Of a stretch of DNA of 14,431 nucleotides, positions 1 to 8,033 are shown piece after piece (positions within the stretch are counted from its first letter, which is position 1; each line of letters begins with the position of its first letter). The notes under the pieces were generated by a model that saw nothing but the letters and a program-made list of their open reading frames with translations, ran no database searches and was not told where the DNA came from. Position numbers and translations under genes: made by a program. The stretch comes from Candidatus Nanohaloarchaea archaeon (GTDB lineage: Archaea > Nanohalarchaeota > Nanosalinia > Nanosalinales > Nanosalinaceae), in NCBI GenBank assembly GCA_046497485.1, contig JAWOFP010000054.1:1-14431 (forward strand). The letters run 5' to 3'.

Positions 1-53
1 TAGATCGAGAGGCTGAATGTGTGAAGCTTGATGTGATTGATATTGATGCCTGA
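1..53 (+). CDS. pus10: 3' end of probable tRNA pseudouridine(54/55) synthase Pus10 (partial)
   Basis: Frame from nt 3 reads DREAECVKLDVIDIDA-stop (TGA 51-53). An LDV-hydrophobic C-terminus is typical of Pus10, and pus10 commonly precedes rpl21e in archaea. Only 16 codons are visible. Confidence 0.6.
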   Translation, partial: DREAECVKLDVIDIDA

Positions 54-108
54 GGTCTGTATTTAAAAGATTTGCAGGCCTTTATTTTGTTATAAGAGTT
101 GATATAAA

Positions 109-399
109 ATGGCAGAGAAATCCAGGGGATCACAGCACGGAGCACGTCACAAGCTTTCTTCAGGACCTAGAGATAAGCTTACAGTAAATGAGCAGATGAA
201 AGAGTTTGAAGAAGGAGAAAAAGCAAGAATTCATATTAACGCACAGGTTCAGGAAGGAAGGCCTCACCATCGTTTCCACGGTAGAACTGTAGATGTTACA
301 GGTAAGAGAGGAGATGCCTACGAAGTAGAGTTTATGGACGGCGGAATTTCTAAGACTCTTCAGTTGAAACCTGCACATCTTGAAAAGGTGAACGAGTAA
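109..399 (+). CDS. rpl21e: 50S ribosomal protein L21e
   Basis: 96 aa; KSRGSQHGARHKL N-terminus, GRPHHRFHGRT and KPAHL motifs of eL21; directly upstream of rpoF. Confidence 0.96.
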   Translation: MAEKSRGSQHGARHKLSSGPRDKLTVNEQMKEFEEGEKARIHINAQVQEGRPHHRFHGRTVDVTGKRGDAYEVEFMDGGISKTLQLKPAHLEKVNE

Positions 400-732
400 A
401 TGGAAGTTCAGGATGAAGAGTATGTCTATCCTGTTGAAGTGCTTGAAGTCCTAGATGAGAGAGATGAAGATGATCTCTCGCATGAACAGGCGATTGCTCT
501 TGAAAATCTGACACGTCATACAAAAATCACTGATGTTGATACGCTTAAAGAGCTTTACTCTGAGTTTGAGGAGATTGAGGCCTTGAAGGATAAGCATATT
601 TTCAAGCTTCTTGAAGTAGTACCTCAGTTTGAGTCTACTGTTAGATCGATTTTCTCCAAGGAGCGAGTTAAGCTTGATGACTCTGATGTAGAACAGATTT
701 TGGAGATCTGTGAGTCGATTGAAGTAGAATAA
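400..732 (+). CDS. rpoF: DNA-directed RNA polymerase subunit Rpo4 (RpoF)
   Basis: 110 aa; EVLEVL...LSHEQAIALENL...KLLEVVP...VRSIFSKE pattern; ATG abuts the rpl21e TAA; conserved rpl21e-rpoF-DUF655-rsmA order. Confidence 0.92.
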   Translation: MEVQDEEYVYPVEVLEVLDERDEDDLSHEQAIALENLTRHTKITDVDTLKELYSEFEEIEALKDKHIFKLLEVVPQFESTVRSIFSKERVKLDDSDVEQILEICESIEVE

Positions 733-783
733 ACTCTTAAAACATTTCTAACAAGTTATTATTTCAAAGGTGTAGATGTAACA

Positions 784-1317
784 ATGGGAAAAGATGAATA
801 CGTAAAGGTACTGGACTTTTTAGAACACGGAAAAAGCAATGAAAGAGAGGAGCGTGTAGCTCAGACTATAGGCACAGAACACTACACCTTATTGGAAGTC
901 GTTATGAGAGAAGATAAAAGGCCTAAAGGCGGCGAAGAACTGTACATTGGAGAAGGAGACAGAGACAAAGTAGAGTTCATCAAATCTAGGATAAATTACG
1001 ATGATCTTACAGGAAATGCTAAGAACGAGCTGAAATATGTGCTTGACGCAATGATCAACGAAAACGAAGATCAATTTGTGGAGTTCTTCAATACTGCTAC
1101 TCCTGTAACTCCTAGAAGACATGCATTTGAGCTTCTTCCAGGAATCGGGAGCAAGCACATGCAGAAGCTTCTAGATGAGAGAGACGAGGAAGAGTTTGAG
1201 TCATTCGAGGATATTAATGACAGAGTTCCTTCGATGCCGAATTCTAAAGAGACGGTCAGGAAAAGGATAATTCAAGAACTGAAAGGCGAAGACATCAGAA
1301 CCAGACTATTCACATGA
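784..1317 (+). CDS. DUF655 family putative RNA-binding protein (OB-fold plus HhH)
   Basis: EYVKVLDFL, AQTIGTEHYTLLEV, LYIGEGDRDKV, FVEFFN, RRHAFELLPGIG, FESFEDI motifs; conserved synteny. Confidence 0.92.
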   Translation: MGKDEYVKVLDFLEHGKSNEREERVAQTIGTEHYTLLEVVMREDKRPKGGEELYIGEGDRDKVEFIKSRINYDDLTGNAKNELKYVLDAMINENEDQFVEFFNTATPVTPRRHAFELLPGIGSKHMQKLLDERDEEEFESFEDINDRVPSMPNSKETVRKRIIQELKGEDIRTRLFT

Positions 1318-2102
1318 ATCCTCGTCAAAAGCTTGCGAAGCTAGGCCTCGACCCTAAAGAAGGTCAGAATTTTCTAATACATGAACCAACTATACAGGCC
1401 TTAGTAGAAGCTGGAGAAGTAGAAGACCACAAGACTCTGGAAATTGGTGGAGGCCTCGGAGCCATAACTGAGAAGCTTCAGAAAAAGACTGATTACTTAA
1501 CTGTAATTGAAAATGACTCCAGTCTTGCCAACCATCTGAAAGAAGAGTTCCCAGAAATTGAAGTCAGGAAAGAAGATATTCTAGATTCAGATATCTCAGA
1601 TTTTGAGAGATGTGTATCAAATATCCCATTTAACTTGAGTTCAGATATAATCACAAAACTAGGAGAGAACCAGGTTCAGTCCTCTCTAATAGTTCAGGAG
1701 GCCTTAGCCGATAAAGTAGTATCTGATCCAGGCGACTCTAACTACGGGCATTTCTCCGCTTTAATCGATTACTATTTTTTACCCGTAAAGTTGAGAACTG
1801 TAAATTCCTCGGCATTCCATCCGTCTCCGGAAGTAAACGCAGCTATAATCAAGTTATATCCAGGGAAAGACAGGCATGGAATTGAAGACGAAGAATTTTT
1901 CCTCTCAACGATTAAGGCCTTGTTCACTCATAAGAGGAAGAAATTGAGGAATGCATTAGTTGATTCGAGAAATATGTTAGACTTAGAAAAAGATGAGATT
2001 AAAGAAGTCAGAGATGAAGCACCTCACTCTGAAGAGAGAGTCGTGAATCTTGATGTGAAGAAATTGGGAGAAGTCAGTGAATGGCTTCAGTCAGAATTTT
2101 AG
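1314..2102 (+). CDS. rsmA: 16S rRNA (adenine-N6,N6)-dimethyltransferase RsmA/KsgA/Dim1
   Basis: GQNFL, LEIGGGLGAIT (SAM motif I), IEND, SNIPFNLSS, FHPSPEVNAAII, FTHKRKKLRNAL; ATGA overlap with the DUF655 stop. Confidence 0.95.
   Translation: MNPRQKLAKLGLDPKEGQNFLIHEPTIQALVEAGEVEDHKTLEIGGGLGAITEKLQKKTDYLTVIENDSSLANHLKEEFPEIEVRKEDILDSDISDFERCVSNIPFNLSSDIITKLGENQVQSSLIVQEALADKVVSDPGDSNYGHFSALIDYYFLPVKLRTVNSSAFHPSPEVNAAIIKLYPGKDRHGIEDEEFFLSTIKALFTHKRKKLRNALVDSRNMLDLEKDEIKEVRDEAPHSEERVVNLDVKKLGEVSEWLQSEF
2087..2101 (+). repeat. 15-bp direct repeat, left copy (TCAGTCAGAATTTTA)
   Basis: Identical to 3237-3251; forms the last codons of rsmA. Confidence 0.9.
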
Positions 2103-2247
2103 GTATTAAAAATGAGAAATCGTAGTAGTTGAATATTTAAAGAAATAATCGGTTTAGGCAGCCAACCTTTGTTCGTTTATTATTTTACAGTAAAAGCATT
2201 TATTTTAGGAATATTGTTGGACTTGAAGGAACAGAACAATCTGCTGA

Positions 2248-3111
2248 TTATCTCAATTCCTTCCTGCCGCTAAGATTTCTCCAATTATCTGCACCTCTTG
2301 AGCTTCTGTTATCCTCCACCAAGTTACCATTTATATCTACTAATTGGCCTGCAGGAGAACCGCCATTAATGAATACTCCTTTACTTTGAACAACTATTCC
2401 ATAACGGTAGGAAATTCTCGTGTTCTTATATCGGACATCTGTTGGAGGTATACTGCCTCCATTTAATGACACAGAGGATTGCTTTAACGCTTTCTCAATA
2501 TTTTTTATTACTGCTTCAGTGCTTCTGTAGTTCGCATTTACTGAAACCTCGTTTAAATCACTTCTTGAACCCTGAGTAAATCTCTGTTTCCCATTTTTGA
2601 GGACTTTCTCTTCTGACACTTCTGGATATACTGTGATGAATTTACCTTCTTGTGAACCATCTTGCATACCTTGAAGTTTTTCTACATTAGGAACTACTTT
2701 GTGGAATTCTCCCATCTGTCTGAGCGGGTCTAATACTGCTTCAGCCACTGCTCTCGCTTCTTTTGGTTGAGCAGTAATCCGTAATTTGTAGCCTTGATAA
2801 GGGAGTGTCGTTCTTTGTTTTGACGGTTTATGCTCAAGATAGAAGTCTTTGCTGTCAGGCTCATAACCAAATCTTTCGCTCACTACATCGAACCATTCCG
2901 TTTTCAATACTTCCTCATAAGCATTTCTTATGTCGCCTCTCGGGAAATACTTTACAGTTTCTTTTGCACTTTTCTCTCCGCTTTCAAGCTCATTGATCGC
3001 TTTTCGCAATCTCTTTTCAAGTTCCTGAGATGAATAAGTATTGCCAGAACCACTTGAAACAAATTGTTTTTTAGACCTTAGTTTGTTCTCAAATGCTTCT
3101 AAAGTTAACAT
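2248..3111 (-). CDS. Stand-alone phosphothreonine-lyase-like protein (OspF / LanL-LanKC N-terminal lyase domain-like)
   Basis: Ordered motifs LPYQGYKLRITA (cf. LPxQGWKxHVSA), FHKVV, GKFITVYP, PTDVRY...ISYRYG, LVDINGNLVEDNR (cf. xxxxxGxLVxDxR), recognised by eye. No kinase or cyclase domain. Confidence 0.72.
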   Translation of the reverse strand: MLTLEAFENKLRSKKQFVSSGSGNTYSSQELEKRLRKAINELESGEKSAKETVKYFPRGDIRNAYEEVLKTEWFDVVSERFGYEPDSKDFYLEHKPSKQRTTLPYQGYKLRITAQPKEARAVAEAVLDPLRQMGEFHKVVPNVEKLQGMQDGSQEGKFITVYPEVSEEKVLKNGKQRFTQGSRSDLNEVSVNANYRSTEAVIKNIEKALKQSSVSLNGGSIPPTDVRYKNTRISYRYGIVVQSKGVFINGGSPAGQLVDINGNLVEDNRSSRGADNWRNLSGRKELR

Positions 3112-3130
3112 ATAGATATGATTTAGAGCT

Positions 3131-3140
3131 ATTAAATAAA
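3131..3140 (-). promoter_or_regulatory. Putative TATA box for the lyase-like gene (leaderless)
   Basis: Minus strand TTTATTTAAT, 20-29 nt upstream of the ATG at 3111. Confidence 0.4.
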
Positions 3141-3236
3141 AGGTTACAGATAAGCTAATTTATCTAATTTTCATCCGTATTCGAAGAATGTCTAGAATAG
3201 CCAGAGAATTATTTTTGGATTATTAACAGCGTAGTA

Positions 3237-3251
3237 TCAGTCAGAATTTTA
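3237..3251 (+). repeat. 15-bp direct repeat, right copy (TCAGTCAGAATTTTA)
   Basis: Identical to 2087-2101; overlaps the putative pyrG TATA box. Confidence 0.9.
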
Positions 3252-3254
3252 AAT
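3247..3254 (+). promoter_or_regulatory. Putative TATA box for pyrG (leaderless)
   Basis: TTTTAAAT at -28 to -21 from the ATG at 3275; no Shine-Dalgarno sequence. Confidence 0.5.
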
Positions 3255-3274
3255 CTGAACTTCTCAACTATTTT

Positions 3275-4804
3275 ATGCAGGATAAATATATTTTCGTGAC
3301 TGGGGGAGTTCTTTCAGGCCTGGGTAAAGGCTTGGTAGCGGCTTCTGTATCGAAGTTTCTCAAAAACCAAGGCCTGGATGTTTATCCGGTGAAGTGTGAT
3401 GGATATCTCAATGTGGATCCAGGGACCATGAATCCAAATGAGCATGGTGAAGTCTTCGTATTGAAGGATGGAACTGAAGTGGATATGGATTTCGGCCATT
3501 ACGAGAGATTTCTTGGAGAAGAAATGACCGGGAATCAGAACCTGACATCTGGGAAAATCTTCCAGCAAGTAATCAATAAAGAAAGAGAAGGAGACTATCT
3601 TGGAGAAACCGTACAGATGATCCCGCATGTCACAGATCAGATCAAGGATAAGTTCTCGGGTGAAGGAGTAAAAGTAATTGAAGTTGGTGGAACAGTTGGC
3701 GATATTGAAAATATGCTTTATTTGGAGGCCTTGAGACAGTTGAGGAAGGAGAATAATGTCTGTCATATTCATGTAACTTTAGTTCCTTATCTAGATACTA
3801 CCGGCGAATTAAAGACTAAACCGACTCAGCACTCAGTTAAGGAACTGCGTGAAGCAGGCCTTCAACCCGATATAATTGTAGGTAGAAGCGAGAAAGAACT
3901 AGATGAAGAGACTAAGGAAAAAATCGCCTTGTTCTGCGATGTCGAGAAAAGAGAGGTTATCTCTAATCCTGACCTTGATAGCGTCTACAAAATCCCATTA
4001 AAGTTCCAAGAGCAGAATGTCGCGGAGATTGTTCAGGAAAAGTTAGGCCTTGAAAGAGAAAGTATCGAACTTGAAAACTGGAGGAACCTAGTTGAGAATA
4101 TGCGGAACGGTCCTGTGGCCAGGATTGCGATCTGTGGAAAATACACTGGCATGGATGATACCTATGCATCCGTCGAAGAAGCCTTAAAACATGCAGCCGC
4201 CCACCATGGAGGAGCAGTTGCGATAGAGTACAGAAGTACAGAAGATGTCGATGTAAATGAGTTAGAAGACTTTGATGGAGTTATTATACCCGGAGGATTC
4301 GGGAGTAGAGGGATTCAGGGAAAGATAGATGTCGCAAATTACTGTAGAGAAAACAATCTGCCATTGTTAGGCCTATGTCTTGGAATGCAGATAATGACAA
4401 TTGAATACGCCCGGCAACTAGGGATTAACGCAACTTCCGAAGAATTTGAGATTGAAGGTGAAGACGTCATAGGTTTAATGCCGGATCAAGACGGTAAGAA
4501 AGGCGGGACAATGAGATTAGGAGCTTATAATGCTGAGCTTTCAGATCAAGTAAAGAAAATTTACGGTGAAAAAGATGTTCAAGAGCGTCACAGGCATCGT
4601 TACGAGTTCAAACCCGACTACTATGAAAAACTCCAAGATGGAAACTTTACTATTTCAGGATTTAACCCTGATTCAGGCCTAGCAGAGTTCATTGAGTTAG
4701 AGGATCATGATTTCTATGTAGGTACTCAGGCTCATCCGGAGTTTAAGTCTCAGGTTGAAAAACCAGCTCCATTATTTTATTCTTTCATTGAGGCAGCTAA
4801 ATGA
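3275..4804 (+). CDS. pyrG: CTP synthase (glutamine-hydrolysing)
   Basis: KYIFVTGGVLSGLGKG, YLNVDPGTMNP.EHGEVFV, DFGHYERF, GGTVGDIE, KTKPTQHSV, PGGFG.RG, GLCLGMQ (catalytic Cys), RHRHRYE, QAHPEF. Confidence 0.98.
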   Translation: MQDKYIFVTGGVLSGLGKGLVAASVSKFLKNQGLDVYPVKCDGYLNVDPGTMNPNEHGEVFVLKDGTEVDMDFGHYERFLGEEMTGNQNLTSGKIFQQVINKEREGDYLGETVQMIPHVTDQIKDKFSGEGVKVIEVGGTVGDIENMLYLEALRQLRKENNVCHIHVTLVPYLDTTGELKTKPTQHSVKELREAGLQPDIIVGRSEKELDEETKEKIALFCDVEKREVISNPDLDSVYKIPLKFQEQNVAEIVQEKLGLERESIELENWRNLVENMRNGPVARIAICGKYTGMDDTYASVEEALKHAAAHHGGAVAIEYRSTEDVDVNELEDFDGVIIPGGFGSRGIQGKIDVANYCRENNLPLLGLCLGMQIMTIEYARQLGINATSEEFEIEGEDVIGLMPDQDGKKGGTMRLGAYNAELSDQVKKIYGEKDVQERHRHRYEFKPDYYEKLQDGNFTISGFNPDSGLAEFIELEDHDFYVGTQAHPEFKSQVEKPAPLFYSFIEAAK

Positions 4805-5301
4805 TCTACGAACCTCGAGAAGATAGCTACATGTTCAAGGAACACCTAGAAGGCATGGATTTGGAAGGTAAGAAAGTCTTAGATATGGGGACAGGTTCAG
4901 GCATTCTAGCTAAGACAATGTTGGATCAAGGAGCTGAAGTAACAGCTGTCGATATAAATTCTGAGGCCTCGGATCAAGTTCCTGAAGAAATCCGGTTTAT
5001 TGAATCTGATCTGTTTGAGAATGTGGAAGGAAAGTTTGATTTAATCGTGTTTAATCCGCCATACTTGCCTGGAGAGGAAGAAATTGAAGGTTCAGAGACC
5101 TGGAAAGGCGGGAAAAAAGGGATTGAAGTTACCGAAAGATTCCTGGAAGAGGCCTCGAATTACCTAAATAGAGACGGAAAGGTTCTTACAATGGTGAGCT
5201 CCCTGGCAGATCACAGCGATTTAATGAAAAAATATGATTTAGATATTGTTGAGTCGAAAAAGCTTCCTTTTGAGGAGGTTTATCTGGTCCTAAAAGAGTA
5301 A
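4801..5301 (+). CDS. HemK2/MTQ2-family protein methyltransferase (release factor Gln methyltransferase-like)
   Basis: IYEPREDSY N-terminus, LDMGTGSG, FNPPYLP, W.GG..G motifs; ATGA overlap with the pyrG stop. Confidence 0.9.
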   Translation: MIYEPREDSYMFKEHLEGMDLEGKKVLDMGTGSGILAKTMLDQGAEVTAVDINSEASDQVPEEIRFIESDLFENVEGKFDLIVFNPPYLPGEEEIEGSETWKGGKKGIEVTERFLEEASNYLNRDGKVLTMVSSLADHSDLMKKYDLDIVESKKLPFEEVYLVLKE

Positions 5302-5302
5302 G

Positions 5303-5309
5303 TTTTTAA
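5303..5309 (+). promoter_or_regulatory. Putative TATA box for the 899-aa surface protein
   Basis: TTTTTAA at -31 to -25 from the ATG at 5334. Confidence 0.4.
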
Positions 5310-5333
5310 CGCGCGGGTTACACCTATTATTAC

Positions 5334-8033
5334 ATGGATACTATAGGAAGGAAGATAGGCCTAATTTTAATTATGCTATCTGTTTTCACATTAACTGTTT
5401 CAGCCGCTAACTGGAGCTTTGAACAGTCCAATGGCACAGTGCAAAATATTTCAAATGAAAGTAATTCGGTTTATACTGCAAAACTTTACACTGATGACGG
5501 GGATGAATTAACTCCTGATAGGCTTACTTTCTATCCTGATGAGTTCAATGAAGATAACTACATTAACGCGACCACTTTAGATTCCGAAGGTAATGAGTCT
5601 AGCAAAAGGCTTCAGTACCATGAAGGCCTAGATGTTTGGTACGCGCTTTACGATATTGCGCCACAGGAAATTAACTTTACTGCGCAAGGAGTTTCTGGCG
5701 GAGAATACCAAGATTCTAACGGTGTAGAGACTTCCCAATTTAATGTAACAGTAGGCGACTATGTTCTTGATATGGAGTCAGGTTTCAGTGATGCTGTTAG
5801 GCCTGGATCCAATGAAAGAGCAGAAGTTAATGTATCTGTGGACGGAGGTTTTGATGAAAACGCCGATATAACCGCTTACTTCAATAATCATACAAACAAG
5901 ACTTCAGAACAGGATCTTACAGAAGTAGATACAGGCGAGGAAGTTCACTACGGAGATATTTCTGTACCAGATAACCCTGACTCGGACTATGTACTGAGAG
6001 TAATTGCTGAAAACCCAGATACAGGAGAGATTGGCTCCTACTCTAGATTTGTAGAGGTTTTACCTAGATTACAGTTCGATATCAATGAGTTTACCTCTTT
6101 GAACTGTGACAGTTCAGGTATAGCTTCAAACTGTGAGCCTGAAACGGATCTATCAGCAGAAGTAGAAATTACAGAAGACGAAGCAGACTCCGTAAACGTG
6201 TCAACATGGTTGAGAAACAGTACAAGTTCAGAACTGGAAAGAGTAGAAAATAATTCTCTATCATCTGAAAATAATATCTTCACGGGAAGTATGGAGATGC
6301 CTGATATTAACAAATCAAGTTATGAGCCTTACGCAATCTTCAGATTCAATGCATCAAACCAGTATTACTCAGTGACAGAAGACGTACAGATAGGCCTAGA
6401 ATCTTACGGTCTAGGATTTGAAGGAAATAATAACGCATTTATAAATTCAGATTATCAGCTAGCTTTCGAAGCTGAGAAGGCCTATTCTGGCGATAACTAT
6501 AATTTAACTAGATTTAATGAAATCAATGGTACAGTTAGTCGTTCTGGCTCATTTGAATTAGATTTCACAGATGAGGATTTCTCATATGATGAGTCTTCAG
6601 ATTTGATAGTAGCTGACTTCACAGTTCCAGAGGATGCATCGACCGGAATTCATGATGTCGAGTTTAACTTTACAGATATATACAATGAAACCAAGTCGGT
6701 TTCCGATAACTTCAGAGTTAATGAATTTGATCAGAACTTTGAGGTGATGGAAGGCCTAGAAGTTGAAGTAGGTAAGCTTCATGAAGTAAATAGAAGCCTT
6801 GAAATCCAGAACAATGGCGGGGCATCACTTGAAGTAAATGTTAATCTATCGGAGGAGTTTGATGGAGTAGTTAATATGACAGATAGCTTCGATCTGGATC
6901 CGGATGAAACCAGGATGATTAATTACACCGTTAATTTGACCGAACCAGAAGATGTCGAAGGAGAGATTAATTTGACAGAGTCATCTGGTTACTCCGTTGA
7001 AGAGGACTTTGAAATCGATGCACCTGACTGCGAAGTCCGTAATGGAAGTTTATGTGCCGATCATGGAGAGATAGACTTCGGAACAGTTGAAGGAAATACT
7101 ACGGAAGATTTAGAGGTTTTCAATCTTTATGAACCGGAAATGGATTTGAATATTTCAGCTGAAGGAAATATAAGCGATCACCTAGATTTCACAAACTCTA
7201 CAGATTTCAATGATTCAGAAACTATCCCAATAGTATTCGAACCGAACTCTCGAGGAAACTTCATAGGTACACTAAATCTAATTACAGCTACGGAGACCGT
7301 CTCTGTAAATCTGACTGCAGTCTCTAATATTACAGAAGCAGGAGACTCAGACCTCTCAATTTCGCCTTCAGAAACAACAGTGTCAGTTCCAGAGGAAGAA
7401 ACTGGTACAGCAGAGTTCACCGTTGAAAACCCTGGTGAAATAGAAATCACTGATTTAAATGCAGAACTTGAGAACGGTGAAGCCAATATTGATTCGTTTG
7501 ATCTTTCTAGTGGAGGAACTAATGAAATAGAGGTGGAAGTCAATCAGTCCGATACATTAACTATCACGGGTCAATCCGCTGATGGAGAAGTCACAGCAGA
7601 GGCCTCAATAACCGTCAATGAGATGGATAACTACGAGGAAAGAGCATCAGAGATCGAAGATAGGGTAAGAGAGCTCAGAACTGACAATGAAGATCCTTCA
7701 CTTGATGGAGATCTTACAGATCTGACTTTACAGGCAGAAAATGTCAGGACACAATGGAACAATGGTAACTATGAACAGGCTCAGGAAACTTTTGAAGAGA
7801 CTCAGTCAACGTTAGATGAATTAGCGACAGAGATTGAAAGTCAACAGACAGATACCGGAGGAACTCCTGATCAAAACCAGACCGACCCTAATCCTGATGA
7901 AGAAGAAAGTGGAGGCCTACCAATACTCCCAATTATTGCAATTGTAGCAATATTATTGATTGTAGGAGGATTTATCTTCTTTGAAAGCTATATTCCTGAA
8001 GAAGGAGATCCACTTTACGGAGTGTTTAACTAA
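5334..8033 (+). CDS. Large acidic secreted, C-terminally anchored surface glycoprotein (probable Ig-like beta domains)
   Basis: Signal peptide (RKIGLILIMLSVFTLTVSA|A); more than 30 NxS/T sequons; beta-rich repeats such as LEIQNNG, LEVFN, FTVENPG; helical segment; T/P/D linker; TM helix ILPIIAIVAILLIVGGFIFF; short tail. Confidence 0.8.
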   Translation: MDTIGRKIGLILIMLSVFTLTVSAANWSFEQSNGTVQNISNESNSVYTAKLYTDDGDELTPDRLTFYPDEFNEDNYINATTLDSEGNESSKRLQYHEGLDVWYALYDIAPQEINFTAQGVSGGEYQDSNGVETSQFNVTVGDYVLDMESGFSDAVRPGSNERAEVNVSVDGGFDENADITAYFNNHTNKTSEQDLTEVDTGEEVHYGDISVPDNPDSDYVLRVIAENPDTGEIGSYSRFVEVLPRLQFDINEFTSLNCDSSGIASNCEPETDLSAEVEITEDEADSVNVSTWLRNSTSSELERVENNSLSSENNIFTGSMEMPDINKSSYEPYAIFRFNASNQYYSVTEDVQIGLESYGLGFEGNNNAFINSDYQLAFEAEKAYSGDNYNLTRFNEINGTVSRSGSFELDFTDEDFSYDESSDLIVADFTVPEDASTGIHDVEFNFTDIYNETKSVSDNFRVNEFDQNFEVMEGLEVEVGKLHEVNRSLEIQNNGGASLEVNVNLSEEFDGVVNMTDSFDLDPDETRMINYTVNLTEPEDVEGEINLTESSGYSVEEDFEIDAPDCEVRNGSLCADHGEIDFGTVEGNTTEDLEVFNLYEPEMDLNISAEGNISDHLDFTNSTDFNDSETIPIVFEPNSRGNFIGTLNLITATETVSVNLTAVSNITEAGDSDLSISPSETTVSVPEEETGTAEFTVENPGEIEITDLNAELENGEANIDSFDLSSGGTNEIEVEVNQSDTLTITGQSADGEVTAEASITVNEMDNYEERASEIEDRVRELRTDNEDPSLDGDLTDLTLQAENVRTQWNNGNYEQAQETFEETQSTLDELATEIESQQTDTGGTPDQNQTDPNPDEEESGGLPILPIIAIVAILLIVGGFIFFESYIPEEGDPLYGVFN

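Larger units (their letters stand above)
2087..3251. mobile_element. Putative 1150-bp inserted cassette flanked by 15-bp direct repeats; no integrase or transposase
   Basis: Perfect direct repeats at both ends; one antisense gene interrupting a + strand cluster; no AGGCCT inside; removing one repeat unit leaves rsmA intact, ending TTT TAA, 22 bp before pyrG. Confidence 0.6.

Noticed and set aside
2248..3111. Lanthipeptide biosynthetic cluster
   Set aside because: Only a lyase-like domain is present; no kinase, LanC-like cyclase, precursor peptide or exporter in the cassette or window.
2102..3236. IS element or MITE
   Set aside because: No transposase and no convincing terminal inverted repeats inside the direct repeats.
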